Positions 50,090 to 63,471 of a DNA stretch of 64,000 nt are shown here, one piece after another (position 1 is the stretch's first letter; every line of letters starts with the position of its first letter). This stretch comes from Botryllus schlosseri. Taxonomy: Eukaryota. The notes beneath the pieces are model-generated. The model was not told the origin of the DNA, did no database searches, and worked only from the letters and a program-made list of their open reading frames with translations. Location: positions 1,118,001-1,182,000 of the forward strand of contig CM119373.1 in assembly GCA_051294905.1 (NCBI GenBank), read 5' to 3'. The translations under genes were made by a program, and so were the position numbers.

Positions 50090-51527
50090 TTGCTCATACA
50101 CTACACAATTACGCATGTTACAATACATTTTTATTCCACCTGGGGTCGCAATATCACCAATGCTCATCACGATATTCATGTCAATCTGACCAGAGTATAT
50201 GTTTGTACAGTACAATGCACAATAGGGATGTTCAAAAAGACCCTTTTAAGCTTTCAACACATTTTACTGGTTACTTGATAGAATTGTTAGGTTACCAAAA
50301 CACCAATTTTGGGTCAATTCCAACGTCCGGAAGCTAAGTTAGTATAGTAGAAAATTTTAGATTTATTCAATAAAAATACACCAGCCAAGGCTGTGGCAAC
50401 AAAAAAAGTTCGCGTATCATCTAAAAATAGTGCAATGAAATAACTCGTATTCGACATTTCATGCTGGTGACGTAATATTTTGTGATACAATTGTCGATAT
50501 ACGACAATCTTTTGAATTCTCTACTAGTTGCTGACGATTATCAGTCGAAAATATTTGGGTTCATTTCTATAGGAATATATTTTAGGAAAAATTTATCGTG
50601 CATCGTTTTTCAGACAACATAACAATTTCATGGGTCAGCCAGTAAAATTTTAATTTTTTTAATATTCATTAAATAAATCCAATACATTTTTCTCATACAG
50701 CAAAGCCTCAATACGTTGAATTGCAAAAAGAAGTAGTATTTAAAGAGCTTCTCGGAGATACAGAACTTATCATTTCAATATGAATATACTATCCAATCAA
50801 AAGTAGTGTGCAGTGCTTTTTCGGCAACCAAATAAATTATAAAGTAGGCAGTAAAAACCTATTTTGGAACAGGCCTATTGTTCATGAACAGTGCAAGGGG
50901 GGGGGGGGGCAGACTTTATTTTGGGAATCAGGAAAGTTCAATAATTGGAAATTGGGTAGGAAACTAGTACTGGCACAAATAAAAACAAAAATATTCTGGT
51001 CACTCAGCTTACATCTCCTCGCCATGTAATGTTACGCACATTCACGAGCTCCGCCACTGCTAATACAAAGAAGGTGTCATCCAGCTCTGAAAACAAAATA
51101 TGTATGAGAATTGGTCAGAGACAGTTAATGATGCTAACTCTTAGTGACAAAGAGTGTATAATTTCGGTACTCGAAAAAAAAAACGACTTTTCTTAGTGGA
51201 CTCGAATCATTGTGCCAGCCTTGGCACTTGGTAACAAGAAACTACATACAGATATCACGCTAACGTCACAAGATTACCGTCCAACAACGTCCAATAACTC
51301 AGAATCTCCGATCGTTGCGAAAATCCGTGGGTTACGAAAGCTTTGATTCTATTCAGTTTACGTTTCTCGATTTCATCCATTTTCTTCCGGAGATCAAAGT
51401 TGACGATATCATTCATTTCCTTGAGCATCTGAAGAACAGCTCACAAGTAACGGCATGTAATGTTTTAGTATAAACGATACGATTGTTAATTTGTTCTTTA
51501 CAGCCATCTATTGGTAGCTGACAATTA

Positions 51528-51560
51528 CCCCTGACGAGCGTCAGCCGAAAATATTCGGGG
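51528..51560 (+). ncRNA. Minimal hammerhead ribozyme, copy without adjacent PLE ORF
   Basis: CCC-CUGACGA-GCGUCAGCC-GAAA-AUAU-UC-GGG, with the same flanks (gctgacaattacc...tcatttcaatat) as the PLE copies. Confidence 0.72.
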
Positions 51561-51577
51561 TCATTTCAATATCAATT

Positions 51578-52116
51578 TAGAGGTCGACCGATTATCGACA
51601 TGGCCGATTCTCGAGGCCGATATTTAGAGATTTCCCGATTATTGATAACAGCCTATGAAGGTCGATATTTTATATTTTAGAAAAATTCAAAAATTTCGGG
51701 AATTCAATGCACCATGTTCTCAATCTCAAGAAATCGACGACGCAAAGGGCGATATACGACAGATTTACCCTTTGCAGGACGAGTTTAGCTGGGTTGCATG
51801 CAGAGAAACTATGCTTCCTGCATTGCAATCTACCGAGTGATCTGCAATTCTGTATCACATTTTGCTTTTTGGGTTATCCCAAATTTCATCGAATGTGCAC
51901 AATTAAGCAATTAATTCTTTTCAATTTCAGTTGTCTCGTTTGTTGTTCAGCTTTCTGTGGCATGTACAAGTGCCATCTTGCCTATTATATAATATTTATG
52001 GTGAAATTGTTCTCTGCTCCTTTCATATTAATATCGGCCTATGATATCGGTATCAGCCTTGTGAGTAAGCCGATATATCGGTATCGGCCTGTAAAAATCA
52101 ATATCGGTCGACCTCA
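51578..52116. mobile_element. MITE inserted just downstream of a hammerhead copy
   Basis: TIR TAGAGGTCGACCGAT...ATCGGTCGACCTC with CCGAT/ATCGG subterminal repeats. TSD not clean. Confidence 0.75.
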
Positions 52117-52654
52117 TTCAATACAGGCTACTATCCCATAAAAATAGCTTGAACGCCCGCTGTCTGTCAATTAAATAACCAAATACGGTCAAGGTTCACG
52201 AATAATTCGATACAAAGCTTCGTCGACGACAAGTAAGTAGGAACAAGTACTTGAAACGCCCGAATAAATTGTAATCTGTGATTAGTACGCTTCCTGCGTA
52301 CATCTCATTGACATCCGGCGCTATCGTTACCAGCCTGAACTACAGGCCCGGCATGATTTGCCTGCTATCTCAACTTGTGGGATTGTCAGGGTGGCAACCA
52401 AGGCGAGGCTCCAAGCCACAGGTCAATCTCCGTTTTATAATTTTGCCTCAAGACATTCTCAATTCACCACCCAGTCAAGTCCGAGTTCAAGTCATTGTGT
52501 TGACTGTTCAGTTTCTAGTTAAAGTCTTGTTAAACCCACTTTTTATAACTCTGCTTGTTGATATCGAATGGTTGGCAATTATAATATACTAATTTTCCTC
52601 ACTTTTAGCAGTTTCTGGTCGCGTTTCCAAGTATCAGTACCCATAGACGAAATC

Positions 52655-53550
52655 CAGTGTTGGGATGACTCGAGTCATGACTTGACTCGAGTCAGACTCG
52701 AGTCACTTTTTCGTATGACTTGGCTTCAATCGAGTCACTTTGCTAAAATGACTTGACTTGACTCGGCGTATCAGAAATATGGATTGACTCGTGACTCGGA
52801 GCAAAATTCACGAGTCAATTTCAAGTCATCAAGTAATCAATGTCGATAGAAATCACTGCATCTTCTATATGTTCGGATTGTTCGCGAAACACTGATGTAA
52901 CCCGTGAGAACGACCAATCATTCAATGATCGCGCGTTTTATTGAGCCTCCATTGTTCTCTCACAAATACTTTGACCACAAACGAATTGTTCGAAGCTTAC
53001 AGCTTACATTGTCGAAAACTTGTAATAAAGTGAATTAATAGAAAATTTCTATTTCTGTTCTTCGTTCTTACCTTACCTAAACGTCTTGTTTCATTGAAAT
53101 TGAAATAGTTTGTACACTCCTCAACCAATGGCACGGACTCGAAATGTATCATATCAATATGTATAAATGAGTAATGTATTGCATCTTCTCAATTCGTTTC
53201 TCCATCCTCTATTATGGCTGGCAACTATAAACTGAGGGTATGCAATTACTTACGTAGTTTAACAGTTCTACGTATATGTGAGCGATACTGCGCCTTATTT
53301 CTTGTATATTCAACTGTACATATGTTGATCGGTGCAGAATCAATGACCGCTCGATCTGTAATTCAGACAGCTATAGCAAAATGCAATGATTTAGTCATGC
53401 TTCATTCTTCGAAAAGGCAACTTGACTTGAAATGTGACTTGACTCGTGACTTGACTCGAGTCACCTTCGAAAATCGATTGACTTGACTTGACTCGAGTCA
53501 AAATGTGAAATGACTCGTGACTCGAAGGTAGTGACTTGATCCCAACACTG
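52655..53550. mobile_element. hAT-type MITE (GACTCGAGTC-rich)
   Basis: TIR CAGTGTTGGGAT...ATCCCAACACTG with perfect TSD ACGAAATC (52647-52654, 53551-53558). A partial inverted copy ends at 48403. Confidence 0.92.
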
Positions 53551-54994
53551 ACGAAATCCCAATCGTGTAGCTACTTTACTATTCTTCAAGACTACAATGA
53601 AATGTCGGTCTTGGTCGTCTGAGTCTCGAGTCATTGGACTTGGTTCGAGTCATGCGCAATGACTCGAGTCCAAGTCGAGTCAATACACAGATTGACTCCG
53701 GTCGAGTCATTTCCGTATTTTCAGAAAATGACTCGAGTCGAGTCGAGTCGAGTCATCAGAAAATCGTTCGAGTCATTACAACCCTGGCGATTGTTATGCC
53801 ATACTGGCTCAAGACTGACAGCGTGAAATTTGAATAACTTGGAATCTGCGCAATTGGCCACGAACAGAATTAAATTCCGCACAAATTACCATCTACAGCA
53901 ACAGGTTGCTCTTCCCTGATCTAATAGTATACATACGGTATGTCTTACGCCTAGTTTGAATCCGCATTCCAGTTGTTGAGTCTTTAACATTTCTGACAAA
54001 TTTCCCCAAACTTGTTTGAAAATAGCAAAAAAACATTGAACGGGACATCAATTTATTTCACGGTAGGTTGCACTGAGACTAATCCTAATGCTGGTAGTGA
54101 CTACAGAGAGCACGGCGTCGTTCTGTACTGACATTCTGAATTCGATCGGTTTTGGAATTGAATAAATTGTGTTTACTTAGGGTAGCTTAATTGAGGGCGA
54201 AACCGGGCAACTTATATTGCATCTAAATCTGTCTTAGGCAGTGCAGTTCGCCAAATATTAACTAACAACAGCTACCCAACGCATCGAACTTTAGGTTACT
54301 GCAAAGCTGTGAAGTAATGAATGACTTACACGTGGGAACTTCTCCAAATTTTCAAAGAATATCAAAAATTTGCTCAATTGAAGTTGAAGTCAGCCTATAC
54401 TCCGTTGAGCGCGAATGCTGGAGTTAGAATTTGGCGAGATTTCTTGAATACGAAATAAGTTTCATCTTTAACAATCGTCTTCTCAGAATGATTGTGAAGC
54501 ACATTTTTAGTCAGAATTCATACAGACGCGGTTAATTTCTCGCGCCCCCCAGGTTGAGAACTCCTGTACTAAACGATCGTCGCTAACAACAACAAAAAAC
54601 TCTTGACACTAACCTATTTCGCTTCGAGCAAGCATGGATACTCCTCCAGGATTCGACAAGTTGTCATAGCCTGAGCAATAGCGGCTCTCCTGTTGGCAAA
54701 AGTCCTTTTCATGACGTTCCCAATGAATATTTGACAAGGGGCTTCTTTCTTCACTTCGGCGCGCAGACCGTTTATCAGGGCCGACATCTGCTCACGGTCT
54801 TCAAATTCGTCGCCGTAAGGCTGGAATCGCAGAAACGAGTGAAATATTAATAGAGAAATTGGCTTTTCAACCGTATTGAGCATCAGTTGCATTTTTTTTT
54901 GTAAAATATATTTCATTCGCACAAACTAACCGAAAATTGTAATACAAAAAGAAGTTATTGCAAGTTTTTGAAATTCTCTATATGCTGACAATTG

Positions 54995-55027
54995 CCCCTG
55001 AAGAGTGTCAGCTCGAAAACCTTCGGG
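54995..55027 (+). ncRNA. Diverged hammerhead ribozyme copy
   Basis: CCC-CUGAAGA-GUGUCAGCUC-GAAA-ACCU-UC-GGG. The core is kept but the stem III palindrome is lost. Confidence 0.55.
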
Positions 55028-55049
55028 TTTTAATATATTTATGATATGA

Positions 55050-55620
55050 ATATACTTTTAAAAATAATATGAAAATGCAACATTTATTTGTTCCGATGTG
55101 CAACAAATTTGCTCCTATGTAGCTTAAGCTATCAAGTGTCCCATTAAAAAGGCAGCTATTTTCGCTTGTTTTGATTTTAACTACATCACTAAAACCCTTC
55201 TCGGCCAAACAAGTTGTCGGGTTTTGTACAAGAACGTCTACTAGTGCTTGGATGGCCAGGTCTTAAAATCTGTTCAGCCCTTCTATCCAAAATACAGCGT
55301 ATTTTTCACGAGTGAGAAATGCTTGCAGGAAGAAATCGATTGAAAATAATTTCCAAACGATCTAGGAGAGTAGGCACGTTAGAGCTCGCTACCTGCATGA
55401 TGAGACGTTGCTCTTTCTCCAACTTATGTCTCGCGAGCATATGAAAACAGCAAATGAACTCACGATACCGTGTGTTCTGCCCTTTAGCTCAATCTAACTT
55501 GGGAATTAATAACAGTTTAATAACGTTAAAGCAGCTTTTACGACTACCACCAAAATCTGTGTTTTTGCGGCATCTCGCGACCCGAGCCTCACACATGAAC
55601 AGGAATTCATTTTTATTATT
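55050..55620 (-). mobile_element. hAT (Buster-like) transposase C-terminal remnant
   Basis: NPTTCLAEKGFSDVVKIKTS near 55160-55230 resembles the hAT dimerisation motif FPTTYLCExGFS..IKTK. Boundaries unclear. Confidence 0.5.
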
Positions 55621-58600
55621 GCAGTGGTATGCTACGATTTTACGGACATGCATGACATACAGAACGCGCACACCACAATTCTATCCAACACAGCTCAACA
55701 AAGCATGTCTGACACACGCGATTTCATATTAGGGTGAATTAAATTACTATGCGTCGCAGTTGTACTACTGTCTACTCAGATTGCAAGAACGGGAATATTC
55801 CGCGCCGACAACGGAGCATATCCATATCGAATGGTTCGACAATCCAGCCTCGATCATTTTTGGCCAAAGTTTTGTCGACGCTTATGTTTTGGCACCGCAT
55901 TTTATCAGAGGTTTGTTGGCCAAAACTTTACGTCTTCATTTGACCCGACGCAGAAGGGGTTAGCCTCAAAATGAATGTGTGTCATCGGGCTGAACTCGCT
56001 CGATGCACACGCCTAGTCCCAACACTAGCTCATCTCAATGGTCTTCGACCAGGTTTTCCATTCGGACCAATCTTATGAAGTCTCATGATGATGCCGTATT
56101 TTCTGCTTGTCTCACTTATTGGCTACAGTACCCAACACAGTGACCTTTGATATGTAAATAATATCGCAGGATTTTTGCAATTAATTCATCAAAACTACAT
56201 ACATATTAACACATAGGCATCTGACACCGTGTTGACCCAAAATTATACCCTTTGTGGTCCATATTTTAATAAACCTTGATGGGGTAAAAATTTGCGTCAC
56301 AGTAACTTGCAAATGTGAGTCTGTAATGATGTGCCTCGCACTAATCGAACAGTTATTACGAAAAAATGATGATTGGTTAGCGAAAGAAAACAGAAAGTCA
56401 ATTTGACGTCATTTTTCCAGCCTGTCGTGGGCTCAGAGGGGCTGATATACTGTATAGTGTATATCTGCCACTACACCAGCTTCCAAACCAGGCGGTACGT
56501 AATAATTATAGTCGAAAATATTAAATCACTAGAGCTTGTGGGAGCTACGATCGGTGGTGCAAAGTTTGTACGATTGCGTCACAACTACAAAAGTTACACT
56601 GACCTCAAATTCCCTATTTGGTTTATTTTTTCTATTCCATGTTACAAAAATTAGCAATAATTACGATTTTCATTCGCACTTGATTCGCACCACCTTCTTC
56701 ATGGCTTTGAAACTCGGCATATTATTAGATGACATCATTAGGATATACCACACAAATCTTGACACCTATCTCGATATAAAACACCTTCAAACTCAACATA
56801 TAACAATACCGACTTTTGGATTGAATCAGTGCTGCAAATCGGTCGTCATTAACAAAGTCGACTACTTAATCAGAGCTTGACGAACGTTAATCACCGTCAG
56901 TGTCCACACCACCTCTGATGACACACTGCTCTAACCACGATAACATCAAGTCTCATTGTGTCGCACAAACTTGCAGCAAAAATCCAAAACTCACATGACT
57001 GGGGTGTTTCCATCTCGGAGTAGTTGCGGTCGTACATTTCTTTGGGCCTCCAAACTTCCATCGCATCGCTCGCTGGTTCCTGTCGACCATATGCGATCTG
57101 CGGTACCCCTTCAGTTTATCGCGCAGCTGCTGATGCCACGATTTCTGAGTTGGGAAAAGTGGAAAATCATCTGCTTTTCACAAATAGCTACAGTTTTTTA
57201 CCAAATCAAGAATGATAGCTACACAGGTTTTTCCAAATTAAACTAGAATTAGATTTATAGATAGCTGGCTACGCAGATTTTTTTACCAATCGGACCAGAT
57301 TGAGAATAATAGCTGTACAGGTTTCTCCAAATAAAACAGGAATTAGAATCATGGGTACAATTTTGTTGAAAGTAGATCACAATGAGAATTATTGAATTCG
57401 TAAAAACTTTTAAATTGAATTAATCTGCTGTAGCGTTCTGAGAAAATCTATAAATTTGATTAGAACTAGAAGGACAGCATGGAAGTATTCCACAAATTAC
57501 ATTACAATTAGATTACTCGCATTTTCACCGAACTAGTCCTTTCAGAATTTTCCGTTAGTCCAAGTCTGTAATAGAGCATGCTACAATGCTACAACAATCC
57601 TTGAAAAACTAAATGTTTGATGCATTGCGCCATCGAAGCGTAACACAGCATCAGATGTTCAGCATCAGGGTTCGCGGGACACTTTTCAAATTCCGTAGCG
57701 GTAGTGAGCCGCTTCACCGCATGGATCAAATATAGAGACACGCAGTAGGACACACAGCGTAGCAACCACGTTTACGAACTTTACGTCAGTACAACGGGCA
57801 TAGTTGCCGCATCAAATGTCCACTTACGTGATAACATCCGTTAGTTGGGTACTTGTCACGCAGCATTGGATATTTTGTAACCAGCCTACTGCAGACCTCC
57901 GAATACTGGCGACTCGTCGGGTATCTGAACGGAATAAAATGATATGCTCTACACCAGTAGTTCCCAACGAGGGCGATTTTGAGAAACAAGGGGGCGAAAA
58001 TTACAGAACGTCCCTTGATATTTAGGGGATATGCGGTACCGATGGATGAAGAATTCGAAAATGATCTCTGGCCCCCAAATCTTCAGCCGATAAGAGCAGA
58101 TCTTTGGCTGGCTCAACACTTTGATACAAGCTCTCTACCGGGTATGTATATTAGGGCTCTTCAAAAATGACTTTTACTCTCAAATCGTACTGGCTACTTG
58201 ATAAAATTGTCAGGTTACCTAATTTAAACCTACACACAAAATTTGGTTCAATTCCAGCCAGTGAAAGCGGAGTTATTGCCGTCGAAAAATTTGGATTTGA
58301 ATAAAATAGTATTTAGGTGAGCACAACTATAATATATAAACAAAGAATGGGTCAACGAGAATACTATTTTATTTAAATCCAAATTTTTTGATGGCAATAG
58401 CTCTGCTTCCACTAGTTGGAATTGAACCAAATTTGGTGAGTATCGTTTCTATAGACAACCTAACATTTTCATGGGGTGAACAGAAAATTTTCAAATCTTT
58501 TGTCACTCATTTTTATATAATAAATAGAAACTTTCTTCTCCTGTAGCAAAGCGGCTACTGGCTGAAATTCAACCAAATGCGAGGAAATATTCCGCCAGTC

Positions 58601-61112
58601 GAAAAAGGTTGGGAACCACTGCTCTACACAGTACAATTGTCGGTGGCCTGGCAGCGAAATGCAAGTAAATATCTGGGATGCCCTCCCCCAATCTACTGAT
58701 ATATTGTGCATGACCCTAACCAAGTCATGTGACTTGAGACTAGGACGGCGCGGACAGACATTTCATTGCACCTTCAAAAAATAGTAAAGTTACCAGATTA
58801 TTGGTATCGTCTGTCAGTCCTGATACTTGGAAAATAGGGCCAAAAACTGTTGAGACTGGGAATAATTTCTACATCATGAATGCGCGCCATTCTATATCAC
58901 TCGACAAGAGTTGAAAAAATTGGATTCAACAGGATTGAACTGAAAACGGAACAGTAAACACAACGACCTGGGCTTGGACTCGAGTCACAACACTATGACT
59001 TGGACTCGATCTTGTAAATCAGTGGTTCTAAACCTTTTTTTCTTCAGCGCCCCCTTTCCAAAATTGCCTGGGTCTGGCGCCGCCCCTATTTTGAGGACCG
59101 TTTAGTAAAAAACAATTGCTAAGTGGTCGGAGTCCGGTTTCGGTTTGGGACTTTACTATGAGACCACTCGACTAGTTAACAATATAATTGTATGTGCTGT
59201 TTTCGGGATCAAATCAAGGTTGTATAACAACCACACGAGTTACCTTGTATGGCATAAGACGCTTTCCATAAGTGCGTCCACGATAGCTAAGCGCTGAGAC
59301 CGCTCTATAACTCCGCGTTTTTTCATCGACAAGCATTGAGACAGTTTGGGAGTTTCGTAGGAATCCAGCCAACAATATTCTTCTGCACAAACAATTTCGT
59401 TCAACATCATCACGAAATCGTAACAGTCAATAATAATTACCGTCCGAATCACTTGGGGCGGGAGAGTTTTGTAACGATGGCGGCGACATTGCTACATCCA
59501 CCGCAGTGTCATCTTAAACAATGACGGAAATAAATGATTCGTGCTACATTACTTGAAAATTTCCCGTAATAGAGTAGTTGTGAATTATATCTCTTTGCAT
59601 TCCTCAAAACAACTTTTTTGAATTTGACTGCCTTGCATACTCGATAAAATTGCTAGGCCGCCTACAGAATGTTGCACGACAATTTAGGCCCAATTCCAAC
59701 CTATGCAAGCATTTCTACATAAGAAAAAAGTCTTAGATTTATTTAATAGGAATTAATATATAATTTTTTCTGAATTAACTGACTGACCCCATAAAATTGT
59801 TAGCACAAAATTCTGGATTTGAAAATTATAGATGTACGGTTTAGTATTTATTGCACATCTTACAACATTATGCAATGTTGCTGACATCGATCATATCACG
59901 ATACCTTCTTCCTCGATTCCCAATTCTTCTGCCATAGATCCATTGTCTTCGGTATCCTCGTGTGACGCAGTGTCCGACCCCGTTGAGGTTACCGTTTCCA
60001 CCCTTGGGCCGGAGTCTAGTCAGAAAAATAGCAACATTTTTCAGTCAATACTGGAGACCAGGGGTGGCCAACCTTTTCGCTATTCACAGCCGCATTTCAA
60101 CTACTCATTTGGCCTATACGTCCGCATCCCAGGGCATAGTCATAATTAGCAATGCTGGACGCCAAATACCCATGTTAGAGTGTCTATGTCCAATTCCGGT
60201 GAACTAAGGACTGATCTATTTAATAATGTAGGTTTGCTATAAACACTAAAATCGGGAATGGTGACAGGTTATGTTGGCGGACGATGCATAACCGCAGATT
60301 CTCTTATCAATTTTCTCATTGATAATCGAAGTTTTACACATTACAATCAAATATTTATCCTTTCTCAACCCATGTTATCGTATTCACCGGTAGAGTTGCT
60401 TTTGTGCCGGAGTGCGACGTCAAAAAGTGCTTCGAAATATTGACTTCTCGTCTGTTATAGCCCGTGCGCCTCGAAGACATTTGGCCGCCGATCGGCGTTT
60501 GGCCTCTGAGCGGGTTTAACCCTACTCATGACTTGGACTCAGATGTGACTCGGTGGTGAATTGAAAATGACTCGACTTGACTCTAGACAAAACTATAAAA
60601 GTGAGATCGACTCGGAACCTTGCGACTTGCAAGAAGCCTGATAATTGGTTTAAGAGTTTTGAAAAAAATTGCCTTCAATACATTTAGATGAAATGTTGGG
60701 TGACATGTCGATACCTTCTTCCTCCATACCCAATTCTTCTTTCATAGAACCATTTGCTCCAGGATCATGTTGTGACGCAGTGTCCGACCCCGTAAGGGTT
60801 ACCGTTTCCACCATTGGACAAGAGTCTAGTCAGAAAAACAGCAACATTTCTCAGTCAATACTGGATACAAGGGGACATTTCAACTACTCATTTAGCCTAA
60901 TCTATTTTATGATATAGGTTTGCTATAAATAACGAAATCGGGATTGATGACACGTTATGTTAGAGGATGAAATATTAATTTCTTCCAACTCGGTCGGGCC
61001 AAGTTTTGCCGAAGAATTGGTTAATTATTTCAGGGATACATAATTATATAGGTAGGCTATAACAGATGCCATCGTTTTCACTGTTGCGGATTGGTCTTAA
61101 AAAACACATCGA

Positions 61113-63471
61113 AGAAGTGGTCAATGTAGTTAAGAAAGCTACTCAAGTAGAAGTAGCAACAAAAAAATCTAACGAAGTACAAGTAAAAGTGCTTCTTTCA
61201 TGAGCAACCTAAAACTACTTCGAGTAGTATTGACTGACTTTAAATATAGGGGAGAGTGGGTAGGTATGGGCCACCAAATCTTACAAAGCTATAACTTGGC
61301 CAAACTTGGTCTAATATTGCTAAATTTCGGTATGTACGATCATTAGTTATATGGCTAACTATTCCTGGTAGGATTAAGCTAAAATACCCATGTATTTGGA
61401 AGTGACATCAAATTTTGTAACAATACATCATTTTTGTAAATGAAAAATAGGCTACGAGGTATGGGCCGGGGGGTGGTGAGGTATGGGCCACTGTCTGTAT
61501 TGAATCAATAAATACCATTCATATCCCGCAAACCTCAACTCTTGTCACAGTTACCAACAGTTTGTATATACTGATATAAAGCTGGGCTGGAAGTGGACAA
61601 TTCATATATTTCAGTTCCCGTATTCATCGTAAGCCATAATGCATAACGAAACAAGATATCTATAAATATGTAACATGAAAATCACTACCAAATCATGCTT
61701 CTTTCGCCTCAACTAACCCATCAAATCCAAATGTCACAGCTCTATCTCGTATTTAAGTGGGAGTGACAAACCATGATACATATTCGAGCATATGACATAC
61801 TGTGCTCACAAACTTTTTTCTTCTTCATTAAAGACAGTACTGGAAAACGATTTTGAAATCTTTTTCATGTGAGACTCATCCCCTGTTTTTCCATATACCT
61901 GTTTAATGTAGCTCTACCAATTTTGTACTGACGGCATGCTTCTCTTTTTGATACCTCCCACGCTTCAACGTTTCATATTGCCAAGCTCAGATCTGATTAT
62001 GAAAACTTGCCATTTTATGGGTTTCATGATTTACTTTCAAGTGATTGTATATGGGAGGGATAAGACCAACACCTTCTGTATTCTAGAGATAAATATATTT
62101 AATAGGATCAATCAAATATTGATTTCAGGTATATGTTATGCTGGCCCATACCACAACCTATTGAGGTATGGGCCGGCCCATACCCCAATCTTCTAAAAGG
62201 CCCATACCTCAAACACTCCATCTTGAGGATTCTTACCATAATTTCAAGATCCGAGAGATTGACAAAGCATTAAAACTATACTCTATAGATAGCATATTTC
62301 AATAGCTTTCACACCATAAATAAGTCTAATCCAAACATGCACATATGTGAACTCAAACCCAAATTCCCTATTTTCAAATAAATTTACTTTAGACCGCAAA
62401 AATTATATATCTCTAGCTAAGTCAAAAACTCCGCTGGCCTCATGGCTGTGAGTAACATGGGTAAGTCTGGAGCCTTTTTCTAACAATCACACAGCTTGTC
62501 AAGCAAATGTGATGTCACAGTCACCAGATATGGCAGTGGCCCACACCTCAACAGTGGCCCATACCTACCCACTCTCCCCTACTCAAGTAAGTAAGTAGTT
62601 ATGAAAACAATCTTAATTCGTTCGCATGGACTGTCAAAAGCTGCAAATGGAGCTATGCGGAGGGTGTAGAGAGCTTGATTCATATCGATGCATCCCAGGA
62701 GGGGTCAATTTTTGACAGAATTAGTAGTCGTCCACATCATGGGATGTAAATGATAGTATAGATATGGAAATGCGATACTAATCCTCTGTTTACTCAAACA
62801 CCCAGTTTTAGGGAATATCATGGCAAGGCGCCCTCCCCCAGTAAGTAATTAGAACTCAACGTATAATACTCGTAATTGAAAGAAAAATACAAATACTACT
62901 TCTAAAAAGTGGAATATTTTGTCCAGAAAATTTTAACGGTGGTCTGCTAAAACAGGTCTAACGTTAAAAATGTCAAAATCCACATTTCCAGATTAGGACG
63001 CGTCATGAGCTGCTAGCTATAATAGCTAATTGCTAGATTGCGTAACGGTAGTTTCAAACGTTATTGGTGCCCATACTTATTGTGATGAAGTATTTGATAT
63101 AGGTGACAATGCAGTGTGAATGGAACCACGCAACCCGGTAGCTAAACTATATTCAGTGATACTTTCATGAAATCATACCGGCCACTTGATATCTACGCGC
63201 AACAAAAATACTGCGTATTACATGACTTTTATGAAAATTGAATGTTGTTACTATGTGAAAGTGGCCTCGGAATTCCTTAGGCTATCTTTCTTATTTGGGG
63301 ATCAAACTACTCCTACTTGACAAACTGAAAATAACGAAAAGTAAGTAGTTCCCAACATATTACAAAGTAGAAGCATCGAAAGAAAGATCTACTTGAGAAA
63401 GTACCAGAAGTAAAGGAATACCACTTGGATACTTTGAAAAAGTAGAAGTACTTCTTTGCTGACCACCTCTG
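61113..63471. mobile_element. CAGAGGTGG-family MITE, third copy, interrupted
   Basis: 61113-61248 plus 62580-63471 match the reverse complement of 23742-24999 and end in GACCACCTCTG. Confidence 0.85.
61249..62579. mobile_element. Tc1/mariner/pogo-type non-autonomous element
   Basis: Perfect 26-bp TIR GGGGAGAGTGGGTAGGTATGGGCCAC with TA TSD (61247-61248, 62580-62581) and internal GGTATGGGCC repeats. Confidence 0.9.

Larger units (their letters stand above)
49287..60825 (-). pseudogene. Multi-exon SAMD3-like gene (CACTA/EnSpm accessory-protein type), partly disabled
   Basis: Phase-compatible GT-AG exons 60825-60715, 60015-59905, 59512-59441, 59382-59244, 57924-57828, 57144-56995, 54820-54614 and last exon ~49544-49287. 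Motifs YPTSRQY..V...LVTKYP.LRD, SWHQQLRDKLKGYRR, MKRTFANRR, ILEEYPCL, ALAALVSCYWVLGLKFP. TAG at the end of the 54614 exon. Middle exons (51.0-54.4 kb) and the 5' end are uncertain. Confidence 0.78.

Noticed and set aside
53400..53780. GACTCGAGTC / AGTCG arrays as a novel regulatory repeat
   Set aside because: These are subterminal transposase-binding repeats of hAT MITEs, also seen at ~48300, ~52670, ~58970 and ~60530.
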